From the NCBI GenBank assembly GCA_018398765.1, contig JAHBMJ010000045.1, positions 1 through 58,554 of the forward strand: a stretch of 58,554 nt of DNA, read 5' to 3'. The DNA comes from Chromera velia. Its lineage: Eukaryota. Below, piece by piece: positions 12,662 to 26,489 of this stretch. The stretch's first letter is position 1; every line of letters starts with the position of its first letter. A program made the position numbers and the translations under genes. The notes under the pieces are model-generated. The model made no database searches, had not been told where the DNA came from, and saw only the letters and a program-made list of their open reading frames with translations.

Positions 12662-13887
12662 TACATCTATGACCCACGAAGAACCTCATATCCACGATAT
12701 GGGGCGATATGACCGGATATGCCTATCTATTTATGACGACATGACCATATTCCATATCTACAATATGGACCTTTTCATATCCATCCATATCCTATATCAC
12801 GGATATGAGATATGAGATATCTGTCCATATCTGAGATATGATGCGATATGATGTCCATATCTATGAGCTACGATATGATGCGATATGAGCCAATATGACA
12901 TATCAACGCTATAACATCGTATCATATCGCTAGATATCGATGCATATCAGGAATATATTAATATTAATATTATATAGGAAAGAAGAGAAGGAAAAGAAAG
13001 AAATTTAGGAAAGAAAGGAAGGAGAAGATGACTCGGATGGGGAAGAACTTTTGAAGGGGAAGGAGGGGAGAAGGAAAGGAAAGGAAAGGAAAGGAAAAGA
13101 AAGAAAAGGAAGGAGGGGAAGGGAAGGGAACTTTTGAAGGGAAGGGAACTTGAAGGCGAGCCTGAGGGAAGGCAAGGGAAGGGAAGACAAGAGAAGGCAA
13201 GGGAGGGCAAGGGAGGGTAAGAGAACTTGAAAGCAAGGGAAGGAAAGGAAAGAAAAGAAGGAAAGAGGCATATTATCTCCTCCTGAAAAATAGAATATAC
13301 CCTCTTCAAGTCTTTCACTGTCAACCTGAGCTCGAGCCTGAGTCCTGCGGCGATAAGCCTGGCAATGAATCTCTTCAATCTTTTCAACTTTGAATCTCTT
13401 CAATCTCTTCTAAAACTCTTCAACTCTCCACTTCCTTCAAAGTGTTTTCTCTAATCTCTTCAACAATCAGGCTGTGAATTGAAGCCTCCCTCCTCAAAAA
13501 TTCTTTGTTCCTATGAGTTTGGCTGGGAGAAAAACTGTGGAAATTTTCTGGTGAAAGTTGAGGCAGCTCAGCCTGAGGCTGAGAATTAAGTCGCTGACCC
13601 TGCAGTCTTCCTGACCGCCGGAGGGGGGGCTGAACCGGGACTGTCAGGCTACTGGTACTAGCAGCCCCCAGTGCTGTACTCAGGTTGCCAGCCATTCCCA
13701 GATAGAAACAGAGAGAGAGAGAGAGAGCAAAGAAAGAAAGAAAGAAAGAAAGAAAGAAAAAAAAAAAAAAAGAAAGAAAGACAAGAAAGAAAGAAAGAAA
13801 GAAGGAAGGAAGGAAGGAAGGAAGGAAGGAGGGAAGGAAGGGAAGAAAGAAAGAGAGAGAGAGAAAGAGAGAGAGAGAAAGAAAGGG

Positions 13888-13934
<47 letters not shown>

Positions 13935-16900
13935 AAAAAAGAAAGAAAGAAAGAAAGAAAGTCGTCCTTTTCCTTTGCTTTCTTTTTACCTCCGGGGCCT
14001 TCACCCTTCCTTGGCCCTGCACAGAAAACAAAAGCGGACCTGCTTACCTACTTCACTCCTCAGACGGAACCGAGACCAACTTGAGACGGGTGAACAGAGG
14101 GAAGGGCAAAAAAGGAAAACGTCCAAGAAGTGTCCTAGGAGGGGGCTGCAATATGCTTTAACATGCTGGGTATATCCAAGTCATCACAGTCCGACATGAG
14201 AAGGCCTGGGAAATGATGAGAGGGAACCAAGAAAAGGAAGAGAAAAAGAAAGAGAGACGTCAAGTTGGGGGAGGATACACTTACTACTCGTACCTTGGAA
14301 CTGCTGAGGAGTCTCCTTTCTGTCAGCACAAGGGTCTGTCTCGCCAAGAAAAATATTTGCTTCGTGTTGTTGGATGTAGAGAGTGGAAAAGAAAGAGAAA
14401 CGTCAAGTTGGGGGAGGATATACTCACTGCTCATGCCGTGGAATTGCTGAGGAGTCTCCTTTCTGTCAACGCAAGGGTCTGTCTCGCCAAGGAAAATGTT
14501 TGCCTCGCTGTTGTGTAGATGTGCAGAGAGGGACAAAAAGAGAGACCTCAAGTTGGGGGAGGATACACTCACTGCTTGTGCTGTGGAACTGCTGAGGAGT
14601 CTCCTTTCTGTCAGCACAAGGGTCTGTCTCACCAAGGAAAATATTTGCTTCGCTGTTGTGTGGATGTGAAGAGAGGAAAAGAAAGAGAGACCTCAAGTTG
14701 GGGGAGGATACACTCACTGCTCGTGCTGTGGAACTGCTGAGGAGTCTCCTTTCTGTCAGCACAAGGGTCTGTCTCACCAAGGAAAATATTTGCTTCGCTG
14801 TTGTATGGATGTGAAGAGAGGAAAAGAAAGAGAGACCTCAAGTTAGGGGAGGATACACTCACTGCTTATGCCGTAGAACTGCTGAGGAGTCTCCTTTCTG
14901 TCAATGCAAGGGTCTGTCTCGCCAAGGAAAATGTTTGCCTCGCTGTTGTGTGGATGCGCGGAGAGGGACAAAAAGAGAAACGTCAAGTTGAGGGAGGATA
15001 CACTCACTCTTTGTGCTGTGGAACTGCTGAGAAGTCTCCTTTATATCAATGCAAGGGTCTGTCTCGCCAAGGAAAATATTTGCCTTGCTGTTGTGTGGAT
15101 GTAGAGAGAGGAAAAGAAAGAGAGGCGTCAAGTTGGGGGAGGATACACTCACTGCTTATGCTATGGAACTACTAAGAGGGCTCCTTTCTGTCAGCGCAAG
15201 GGTCTGTCTCGCCAAGGAAAATATTTGCTTCGCTGTTGTGTGGATGTGGAAAGACCGCTACCTTCACTGTACCCGGACCTCTGAAGCAGATGGCGAAGCA
15301 ACCGGCTAGATGGAGCTAGGTAGAGCTAGGTAGGTCCCATAAGAGCCTTCGAGGGCGATGAAGCTGTTTGTGGAAGGTGCTTAGGTAGGTCTTCCATGTG
15401 TAAGGTCCGATTGACGGGCGACGGAGCGCCCCGGCCAAGGTTACTAGCTATAGGTACGTTGGCTTTAGGGGGGGGACGCTGGAGGCGATGTTGCAAGCGA
15501 ATTTCGGGAAATCAGTGCCAAGACGCGCGGCCGGCCGCCAGGGCCGGGCGCGTGGACCCCGCGCGGCCCGCGGCGGCGCCATGTATTCGCTGCATGCAAG
15601 ATTCGTATGTCTGATTCAATGTATGCCTGACCTTCATGCACTGATCGAGATTGTGGCCTGTTTGAGTTTGCAAAGGGCACAAATGGCTCCCACTCGCTCC
15701 TGCCAACTTTGAGGTTTGAAATACCGCAAGCCGGATCAAATGAAATTAGCCTTTCAGCCGGCCTTCAGCTACGTTCAGAATTCAGATCAATAGCCAATCT
15801 GGAAGCTTTAAGGCCGTCTACATGAGCGGCCTTGTGTTTCACATCGCTTGTGTCCGCTTTCAGCAGCCTTTTTTCACTTTCCTTTCTATCTATAGAGTTA
15901 GACTCTTCTGTTGACAAAAGGAAGAATGGCATTCGTGCTGTGAATTGAGCAACCCGAAGCGACCTTACCACGTTCCATCCGCTTTGAAAAGCCGACAAAA
16001 ATGAAGTTGCATTCTCCACATTGGTCTCCTAGATCGTTTCTGCTCTCTGTAGCCTTTCTCGCTAGTGTGCTTCCTCTTTGACTGGTTGGTTTCTTCATTC
16101 TGCATAGAAGATTTGTCTTGCACATCTATGTTAAAGTTTCGATGGGTGCACGAATGTCGATTCACGAAGATGATACGTATTCAGATATATTTATATAGGT
16201 GGTTTATCCACCAACGCACATGACATCCTGCTCGGTGATTTCTATTGTTTTATTTTTCAAATCCATGGTTTAAAGTCATCAAGCCCAAGATTTCAGTTTT
16301 GTTCAGAGTGCGTGCATGTCTGTGTCTGTCTGTGTCTGTGCGTGTCTGTATGTGTCTGTCTGTGTCTGACTATGTCTGTCTGTGTCTGTCTGTGTCTGTC
16401 AGACGGCTGTGTCTATCTGTGTTTATCTGTGTATATGTTTCTTCCTCGCTCCGCGTTGTTCCCAATTAATTGAGTCGCTCCATATCCTGTCCTGTTTGAC
16501 TGTCGAAGATCCCATAATTCATGGGGGGGGGGAGAGCAGTCAAACTCTCTCTCTCCCTCCCTCCCCCCCTCCCTCTCCCTCTCCCCCCCCCTCCTTCTCT
16601 CTCCGAGCTTTCTCTCTCTCCCGTTCCTATCATCCTTCTCCCTCTCTCCCTTTCTCCTTCACTCCCTCCCTCTACCCCAAGTCCGCCCTAGTCCGCCCCA
16701 TCCCCCACCCCTCTTTCTCTGTTTTTCTCTCTCTGTTTTCCTTTCTCTTTGTTTTTTTGTTGAACTAAACGAGCAAGATTTGGAAGAGGAGAAACACACT
16801 GTGTTTGGGGTTCTTGCTTTGCTTTGTACATTTCATTTGAAAGCTGAGGCGCCCCAGAGTGTCTCTAAATCGTTTGCTTCTTTTATAGGGGAGCTTCTTT

Positions 16901-18221
16901 GCTTTGTTGAAGTAATGAAGGAACTCGGAGATAATGAATGCCCTGCGTATACTGCACTTTTACATACGAAGTATGTATTACTAGTATTTGAAAAAAAAAT
17001 TGACGTTTTCTTTGCGAAACATATTAGCAATCGTGTGCTCTTGATACCAGACGTTCACTACAATTGGTAAGGGAGGAGAGACGCCCTTATGCAGCGAGGC
17101 GCGCTCGACTGTCAATATTGGATCAATTGGTATGTGACCTGAGTTCACTGGCCTTTGTGGAGGTTCGGCGACGGCTCTTTATATTACCAGTGTGCATTGA
17201 AACGCGTCGCCATGAATGTCTTGCAGGAGTGTTTTTGATTGATCATGATGTGGTGTGCGAATAGTATGAATAGTTTACTATTCACCCTAGTCAGATCTTA
17301 TAATTCAAAAAATGACTTCATACCTATCGGAATAGTTTACTAATCTGTGAATAGTTTACTATTTTTATAGTTTAAAAACATACCCGACCCATAGATGAAG
17401 TGCCTTTACCGGTTTTTGTGAATCCATACTTGCGCAACTGATTCAAATTTACTCAATGATATAGAATCGTCTAACACTTGAAGATATAAGTGATATTCAA
17501 GAAAAGTTTTGAAAAAAACAACTCAACTTGAAAGTTTTGAATCTCACGACTATACTATTAGTAGTAGCACTAGGACATATATAGTCATTGTAGTAGCAGA
17601 CAGTCATAGTTAATTTAATATAATAATTTAAATTCTAAATTTGGTTCTAAATTCTAACTTTTAATTTGAGTTTAGACTAAAACTTAGTAGAACTTTAACT
17701 GTTTAAAATTCAAGTTAATTATCCACATTCAAAGTTTATTATTTCTTTTAATTTTTTGAATTGAATTGAGACAGTTAATACACAGATCGATACTATATAC
17801 CATTTATTGATATCCTAATACTAGTATGCCCTAGCCTGAGTATACTATTACTAGACACTATTATTTGTACTGGCAGTGAATTGTCATATGATTGTCATAA
17901 CAATCATGACTCGAATATTAGACTTTAAGTGTGAACTTCCTAGGTAAACTTTAAGGGACTTTAGGTTCAAGTTGAACATGTACTAGTACTACTCTGAATG
18001 AATATAAACGATTTGATATGACCGGATATGACAAGATATAGTCATATCTGCATATCACTATCAGATATGACCATATCGCCTCATATCCCCATATCAGATA
18101 CTCATATCGCTCCATATCCTCATATCCGTGATATGGGTGATATAGAACCGGATATGAGACTCATATCGCTTCTCATATCATCATATCCGGATATGTTATA
18201 TCGCCCTGGTTCATAGATGTA
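12662..18221. mobile_element. Nested TIR element with gatatg/catatc subterminal repeats
   Basis: Ends are tacatctatgacc and ggttcatagatgta. Dense GATATG/CATATC arrays at 12690-12945 and 18010-18200. No 8-bp TSD (TA is possible). Confidence 0.55.
14245..15250. repeat. Tandem array of seven ~145-bp units
   Basis: The anchor tcaagtt occurs at 14260, 14403, 14548, 14693, 14838, 14983 and 15128. Confidence 0.95.
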
Positions 18222-20101
18222 ATCAAAGCATCATAACAGCCAGAAGGGGAAAAAACAAGGTAAGATGTGGACATATTATAAACGTCAGGCAGATACAAAT
18301 TTTGTCTCCTCAGCATGCAGAGTTGCTTAACCCGTTGTTGCCCTGTCGGAGTTGGCTCACTGGCCAACGTCCAAACAGCTCAAGGACAATAGTCTAAGAA
18401 TTGTCTTTCCACAGTGTTGTTTCTTCTTTTTATGCCGTCTTGCAGCTTCAGGAGTGACCGGAACGACCAGGATGTCAATATGGGCGAACTGAGATTCGGA
18501 AAGGTCAGTCACGAGTGAGGTCACTGTCATTTGGTGACATCCATACTCTGCCATTGAAGCTTACCACTTTACGATTAATTGATGTTCACGGATGTTCAAC
18601 TATTGAACATACCTCTGATGACCTTATCTTTGACAAAAGCTTGCCACTTAGCGGCTCGCTGCTCGTTTTATGACGTTGACCTAGCTTTTAGCAACGGTTT
18701 AGTCTTCACACCCTGTGAATCACAAAACATACACCAGGGCCGTCTATCTATTTCCCTGTAGGAACCTTTGTAGTCTAACATGTTTGTCTTGGTCTCCTTC
18801 ATGCTTTCAATTATGCAGATGGCACTCTTAATACTGCAAGTAGTGCTGTTTTCGTTTTTCTGGAACTGGATTTGTCTAGGGATTTGCCCTTCCTGGAATG
18901 ACCAGTGAGTTTGTCACTTGTGCCTGCTCCGCAGAGGAAGGAGAGGGCTTCTCCAAAGTCTAGAAAGCTAAGGAGTGTCTCACCATGGATGTATTCCACC
19001 AAATTGTTGCAGCTTTGAAGTCTCAGCTGGCCGTTTTACGTATTGATTGATTTTGATGGAGGTGCACACATATACAGATCAGCATACAGACCGTTGCACA
19101 CTATCAAACCTTTGACCTCAATTTTCTCTTCACTCCGTTTGCTGAGTATCAACCAACACGTCGCTCAAGAGAGTCTAACCTAAGCTGCTTGCTGCATAGC
19201 TTGTTTTTTCTTTCTTCTTTGTGCTGCAAATCTACATGGTTCCTTCGTGAGTGTAGAATAGCATGTGGATATCTGCGTTTTACTCTAAATTTTGTATGCA
19301 TTCACTTGCATTTGGGTGATTTTGGCACACATATCAGAATAAAATCGAGTCTAACAGTTTGCGTCTGGCATAAGATTTCTAAGAACGACGTGTTGATGAA
19401 GTCATTGTTAATCTCATGATGTGTTGACTCCTTTTAAAGGGGGGGTTAGGGGGGCGAAGCGCCCCTTATAGACTTATAGTTTGGCCTTCTGAACGTTTTG
19501 GAGCCTATTTTCTAAGTAAAGTTAACTTTTTAAAAACATAAAATTTTTATAAAAAGTTTACAGTTTTACAAATGATACCGTTTGCACTAGGTTTTAGCCT
19601 TGTACGCTAAAAATTTTATGTCAGTATCGAAATTATTGACGATACCCCCTTTTTTGGGAACCTTAAATTCCGATACGATACCGATACGATACCGATTCGA
19701 TACCGATACGATACGATAGCTATTCTTATTTTTTCTGAGGGGGCCCTCTCAGGGGGGTTTACTCTTTTGGGGGTGTTAGGCCTAGATTTGGCAAATTTCA
19801 GCCAAAATAGACCAAAATTTATCCTTTAAAGCACTCCGCTCACTTCGTTCCTTCTTTCCTTTACTTCTTTCCTTTCTTTCTTTCTTGCTTTCTTTTTTGA
19901 TTTTTTTTTTTCTTCTGCACGTCTTTCTTTGTGTCTGTTTTCCCCTCCTTTGTGTTCGCTGCCTTTCTGACGTTCCTTCTTTTCTTCTAGCTTGCCTTCG
20001 TTAATGCGGCTGGTCTCGGTTTTGAATTTCTGTCATGGGAAAATTGGTTGCATGGCAGTGCTCCAATCTCGAAAGGTACCGGTTCGAGTGCCGGAGTTCA
20101 T

Positions 20102-21369
20102 TCAAGGCTCTGAAGCGACGCGGTCTGCAGGGCCGAGCAGAGCGTCCGCCTTTGTATCCTCTGACTCTGGTTGCTGCTGTGGTGCGACTGTTGCGGTTGA
20201 ATAGAGACTCTCCTTTTTCTGGTGCTGCAATGCCTGTGGGTCAATGTGAATCGAGAGCTTCCCATCCTCCTCTGCCACCAGAGACAGGCCACGAGAGGGG
20301 TCTGCCTGCAGGCCTCTGCCCTCCGACTCGAGTCTGGCTGCCCTCTCCTTCTGCAGGTCCTCCTCGACACTCTTTGATTGGATGTAAGCGTACGTGCCCA
20401 GAATGATCACCACATAGGTCAGCAACTGCAGAACACAACAAAAGAAAAAAGAAATCATGTCACTATGCGTCCAATATTGTGTGTCTGATAAAAACTTGCC
20501 AGGCAACAGAAACCCGAATGGAGAGAATGAACAGGAAAAAATGATGTCTGAGAGAGACCGCTTGCAGCCAAGTTGCCAGACAAAGCATTTTGTATTCCCC
20601 ACACCTCCCTATTTCATACCCATGCAGGCTGCATGTCGAATAAACGGACCTCCAGATACGTCCACTGGGCGTGAAGGACACACAGCCGGAGTACAAAGAC
20701 TGCCGCCAGCGAGAGAGCGTCCGACAGATTCTTCAGCACAGCGTCGAGCACCTTCACAAGCCAGATCGCGATCACGGCTTTCATCAGAAAACCCAGGAAA
20801 AGCGACGCGTAGGCGACCCCAGTCCAACCAGCAAACAAGCCTGCATGTCCACAACAAAACCCATACATACATACATACATAAAAAGAATTCTGTATGAAA
20901 GAAAAAGAAAAGGCTTTCATCACAATACCCAGGAAAAGCGACGCGTAGGCGACCCCAGTCCAACCAGCAAACAAGCCTGTGTCGAGTAAGAAATGGAGAG
21001 AAAAAGGGATTAGTTCACGTTGACTGGCGTGCAGCAGTCAATTTGAGAACGCACACACAAGCACACGGGCGCAACACACATGGTCGCAGAAACTCGCCGG
21101 CGGACAACAAGAAACGAAACGAAATGAAGAGAACAATCACCTGCAAAAAAGACACGGCAGGGACAATCACACGCTGGGATGGCCAGGCAGAGAGGCGGAT
21201 GCCTTCTGACACCGAAGTCGACGAAGCAAATTTTGTTTGTCTTCACTACGCAAAGAGACAAATAAAAGGTCGGCATGCACATACATAGATGCACAGAGAG
21301 ACTGATCATATGTTTACAGAAACAGACACACTACACGGCTCCCAGTTTCCACTTTTCTCTCCTTTTCAA

Positions 21370-21405
<36 letters not shown>

Positions 21406-24055
21406 GAGATTTCGCGTAGGACCCAGCAACCACACACACCCAGTCACACACATGTACACATACATAGATCAAATAGCACGCGCATACCCACAGGAACAGG
21501 CAGGCACACATGCTCGATCATCGACACAAGCTTGCACTTAGAACGACGTACGCACCGTTAGTGATGAAGATGTGTTTGAATTCAATCGAAAAGGTGTAGA
21601 TAGAGGCGAAGACGGCCTGTGAAGATTTCATCCAGAAGAACTGGATCGGGAAAGCCGAGCCCTCGGTGCCCATCAGTCTCTGATTTACAACCGCTGCCAC
21701 CACACTAACCACAACCTTCCCAACCTGCAGGAAGGAAGTACAACACACAACAAATATTTACATGAAAGACAAGTAGTAGTAGTAGCCTTGCGGATGATCG
21801 AAGACCATTGCAACGGCTGTTGCCTTTCTGTGGCAACGAGCTAGATCGAACCTACGCAGTCCGCGTCACTCCTAACTCCTTTGCAAGCGAGTTACAAGAT
21901 ACTCCTGAGAAGTTCTAATGATCTTCCAGTGAAACGGCCCTTTCCAAGAAAAATGGGTGTCCGAAGGCATTTGTTCTTGAGAGGAGTTGACAGAACATGG
22001 GGAACTACAAGGGGGATTAGAGGCTGAAAAGCGTCCGTCAATCTGTCTACTCATTTGAAGACAACGTCTGCCTGCTTGCAATGAGGGAAGTGAAGGGAAG
22101 GGTAGAGCCCGGCCGAGGATTGAAGGATTGTTGAATCCACAAATTTGATTGAGAAAAAAGCAACAGTACAAAGAGAGAGAGGAATACCTGGATCCGCAGA
22201 CAGGTAGAGAATCTGAAAGCTCTTTTTGATTCTACACATCTCCCGTTTCCGGCCAAGGCGATGGATGATCAGTGCAATCAACTCACCGCAAGCGCCATTC
22301 CGAGCAAATGAAGAAGTTGGTCTGTCTTGGCGTCTCCCTCGTGGCTCCCCTTGCCGGCGCCTGGAACGCCGTTCCTGAAAACGTACTGGAACATTCCGGT
22401 TGTGACGATCAAGAGGATGCACCACTGGAGGACGGTTTGGTTTTTCCGAAGGACAACGATGCTCAGCAGGGCAGCGAACATGAGCTTTCCTGCATGAGGC
22501 CACAAACAACTTTCAGAAATTGCAGTAGATTCTCTCAGGCAGGCAGCACAACAGTTTTATTGAGAGTACACCGTCGTACACGTTTTTTCGTCATCAAACG
22601 TATCTTCCTTCAGACGCACGCGTAAAGAAAAGAGATCTTCTGGAACACTCTTCATAGAGGAAAATAGGAAAAGCTTCCAGTCGTCGCAAGGCATAGAGTG
22701 GGTAACTGAAAAGAACTCATCAAACCTCCCGGCTTACCCAGTCTCTAACTGTTCGACTCACATCACATGGAGGAACGACGTGTCGATTCGTTCACAAATA
22801 GATTAATCACTTGGCTGACTGTTTTGTTGCGGCGCACAATTTTGCTCAGTCTGACCAAATGAACGACCACCCCCCACCAAAAGCCAGTCAACCTACCGAC
22901 CTTGTGAGATGACAGTGTAGGTCTGGGAATCGATGAGCTTCACCGCCTCCATCTCCATGATGTCGTCAATGCAGTAGAGGACCCCCATGATCCTGCATAC
23001 ATTTTCTTTTTATGTACGTATGTATTCTGTATGAAAGATAATGAATGCAGTAGAGGACCCCCATGATCCTGCATACATTTTCTTTCATAGAATTCTTTTT
23101 ATGTATGTATGTATTCTGTATGAAAGAAAATGAATACAGTAGAGGACCCCCATGATCCTGCAGACATAGAGGGAGGGGGCCGCACGCATGCATGGACACA
23201 AGCACAGAGAGATTTTATTCACTTCGTGGATGGATGGATGGATGGATGGATGAATGGATGGATGGATGAATGGATGGATAGATAGATAGATGGATAGATA
23301 GATGAATAGATAGATGGATAGATAGATAGATAGAAAGATAGATAGATAGATAGGCATGCAGACAGGGAGAGAGAGACGCTATACCTACCCTTTTTCCTCT
23401 CGACAAAAGAGAAGCAAAAGACGGACGGAAGTCTGTTTTCCAGTTTGACAAGATGCTTCTTGCTTTTTGGCGGGCCAGCTTTCAAGAAAGCTCCACGATT
23501 CCACCAACACGAGGAGCCGAACACAAAGTGACGCATGGATGCGTGTCGCGTGCGTGTCTGTCTGCACATCTATTATCTGTCTATGCAGCATAAATGTAAG
23601 TACATACATATATATACAGATGTCTGGAAGACTGACCAGAAGTGTTTGAAGCCGTTCACGTTGAAGCACTTCTTCAGTCCTTCTTGTCCCTGTGTGGTTC
23701 CAACGAGAAGCAGGGCGAAGGTTGTGCACATGTAAGCGGACATGAGCGTGATGGTGCACCCAGGGAAGGGGTAGATCTTCTTGCCTGTCTCTTCGTCGGT
23801 CACCTTAACGAACTCCAAAAGAAAGTTGTGGAGACCTGTGAAACGAAAGGAATGTCAAGAGATGTTCATACGAGGCCCTTCGATCATTGAGGCGTATGAA
23901 TGAGTGAGAAGGGTGACGAATCGGATGAAGAATTCAAAGCTGCGAGCAGAAGATGGAGAAAGGTCAGTCAAAGCAACACATCTGAGAAGTAAACACGCCC
24001 CACCTCTTTGAAAGGTCCCAAACACAAACATAACCATCTGCGTGGTTGTGTACAT
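20102..24055 (-). CDS. Nucleotide-sugar transporter, SLC35A (UDP-Gal/CMP-Sia transporter) family, 7 exons
   Basis: Approximate exons: 24055-24004, 23835-23637, 22992-22901, 22490-22288, 21725-21556, 20840-20650, 20427-20102, with GT-AG junctions. Motifs include [17 protein letters not shown]...LQW, GLFAGW and [13 protein letters not shown], plus multiple TM helices. Substrate unknown and the start codon is uncertain. Confidence 0.8.
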
Positions 24056-25926
24056 CGTGACGCACGCAAGCTAAGGAGCTCGTTTACTCTGACACGGAAA
24101 CGGCCGCACTGCTTCGATAGAAAACAGCTCGTTGAATCTATGTTGGATCTGCGACCAACTTTCGACTGCTCTGTTGAGGCTCTTAACGGCCCAACCGTGG
24201 CCGCTTTTGTTTTCTCTGACAGGTATTCGGGGGAGCGCTTCTCCTGTCCCTTTTTTTCTCTGGTCTCAAAATGGATTCGATAGCTCCCTTGTCTGTTCTG
24301 ACACCGCACAGTATCACTTTCAGATTCATGATCAAGGTGACATCTGAGAGCTATAGAGAGAGACCGCATGCATGCCCAGTCAGCCGATCATGCATATATC
24401 GATACACGATGACTGAAATGCTCCCGGGGAGCATGCCGTGGCCCCCAAAAGTTCATGAACTAGCTGTGGCATTTCGTTGGCCGTCTTCGCCGGCGGCCAC
24501 GGAATCTGAAAGGTTGACGTCCGTTGGCCGGCTCCACGCGCGGTCTATTGCAACCTACTAAGCTCGCAAACTTTTGGCATGTACTTGACTTGTAACTTGA
24601 GCTTAATAGGGCTTTTAGCATACCGTCGGCCGCGCGGGGGCCATGAACGGCATCGAGGTTTTTGTATGTATGCATATGCGGATACAACTTAAATTCCCCG
24701 GGAATTTAATAGAATGTATCTATAAAATTTAAGTAAATTTAAGGAACAAAACCCTCAATCATCAATTAATGAACCGAATGCATGTAACATCATTATTAAT
24801 TAATTAATCGATCAATCTTAAGATCAATCAATCAATCAATCAATAAAAAAAAAAAAATGAAACGATTCAGTCACGATGATATAAATCCCATAGTAAACTT
24901 TAAATTGATATTTTAACAGAGTATTTAGACTAATATATAGATAGAAACCTAAAAATTGAAGTTCATAAACCTACTAATATACAGTATGGCTAGCAGTATG
25001 ATAGTATTATTCAGTGTAGATTAAGTTTTTAAAGTATCATGACTCTTTATTAATCGAATATAACTGAGTGACAGTGAGTGTACCATCAGTGTATCTGATA
25101 ATATATGCATCATACATAGTGCATGGGGAGAAGTACACTGAACTAGATTGTAAAATGCTAGATAACATGTCAATGTTCGTATCATACTAGCACTGTATAA
25201 CACAAATGATATACACATTAGATGGTGGGAGCAAAGCAATAAGGCTATAGTAGTAAGGGTAGTAGTAAGGGTTGCGAGCTAGAATGTAAGCATTTACGGA
25301 AGCCCCAAAAGATCTGTAGAGTCGTCTGCCTGGTCGCTTTGGACCTGGGTCAATCTGCAATTTAGCAGCCATCATGGATTGGGGATTAACACGTTGTTTC
25401 TTTTCTGCAAGAACATATAAACTCACTTTTGTGTCCAGGTGCTTGTTTGCCCACCGATTGATTTGTTCTCTCAGACGTGTGCCAAAACAAATGACTTGGA
25501 CACGTTTGTTTCTGGTTTCAACGTACCTTTTCATGCGTATGTCGTAGCAGAAAGTTACATTGCCAGATTCCGGCCTTTCGCTGGATTCTCGTGTCTTCTA
25601 CCTTACGGGAGTCTAACCCGACCAATCTCTGATTCATTAATTTCTGTCCTATGGAAATAAACACTTGCCATTGTCGTCAGCTGAAATTTCGGCATGTTTG
25701 TTTGGATGACAGATTTTTTTTGATGCGAGGTCTCGCCCTGTGGAACCGCACAGAGGCCTTTTCTCTTGACACACTTCTTCTCCCTCACGCTTGTGAAAAA
25801 AGGCCTGTACAAGATTCAATTACTGCAATATGTCCCGTCTTGATCCATTCATCTACTTTCCAAGTCGCGCCCCCCGTGCCAAACCACATGTCCAGCCGTA
25901 CGTACGGATAGATGTGTAGGAATGCA

Positions 25927-26438
25927 TCAGCTGGAGAAACAAAACAAAATGGACAAAGAGCTTGATCCCAAAACTCTGAACAAAAAGAAGAAAAATGAAC
26001 ACAAAAAATGCAGACGACTCACTTGAAAACCTCGGCCGCCTCCTCTCCGTCTCCTGTGTGCAGTTCCACAGTCAGGAGGGAATGGGCACTCTCTACCGCC
26101 TTCCTCATTTCCGTCTCGGCCTCTTCATCCTCCCGTGTCTCTCTCTCGCGATCCCTCTCGGGTGAAGTGAGACCGTCTCCATCGTCTCCGTCCTCTTCCT
26201 CTTCTCCCTCTTTGCCTGAGGGACTCTCTTCCATCAAACAGCCTGACGTGAGGGACAGAACTTCTGTTCCTTCCTTGCCGGCTCCTTTTGGTGGCTTCTT
26301 CTCCTTTCTTCCTCCCTGCCGTCTCTTCTTCTTCTTCTGCGCTCTCTCTGAGGAGGACACAAAGGCACAGTGGACCCGCCGATTCCTCGCAAAAGCAGAC
26401 ACGCACTCGTGCTTGTGCCAGGCCTGCGTGTACTCAAG

Positions 26439-26489
<51 letters not shown>

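Larger units (their letters stand above)
12280..19728. mobile_element. hAT-like element (TAGGGAT termini) containing nested insertions
   Basis: TIRs tagggatagctatcg and cgatagctattctta. 8-bp TSD ttttttcc / ttttttct (one C>T). Subterminal gtatcg/cgatac repeats at both ends. Confidence 0.75.

Noticed and set aside
18400..19400. Possible hAT transposase remnant (ATIWWNTSMV resembling TRWNS)
   Set aside because: Too degenerate to support without an alignment.
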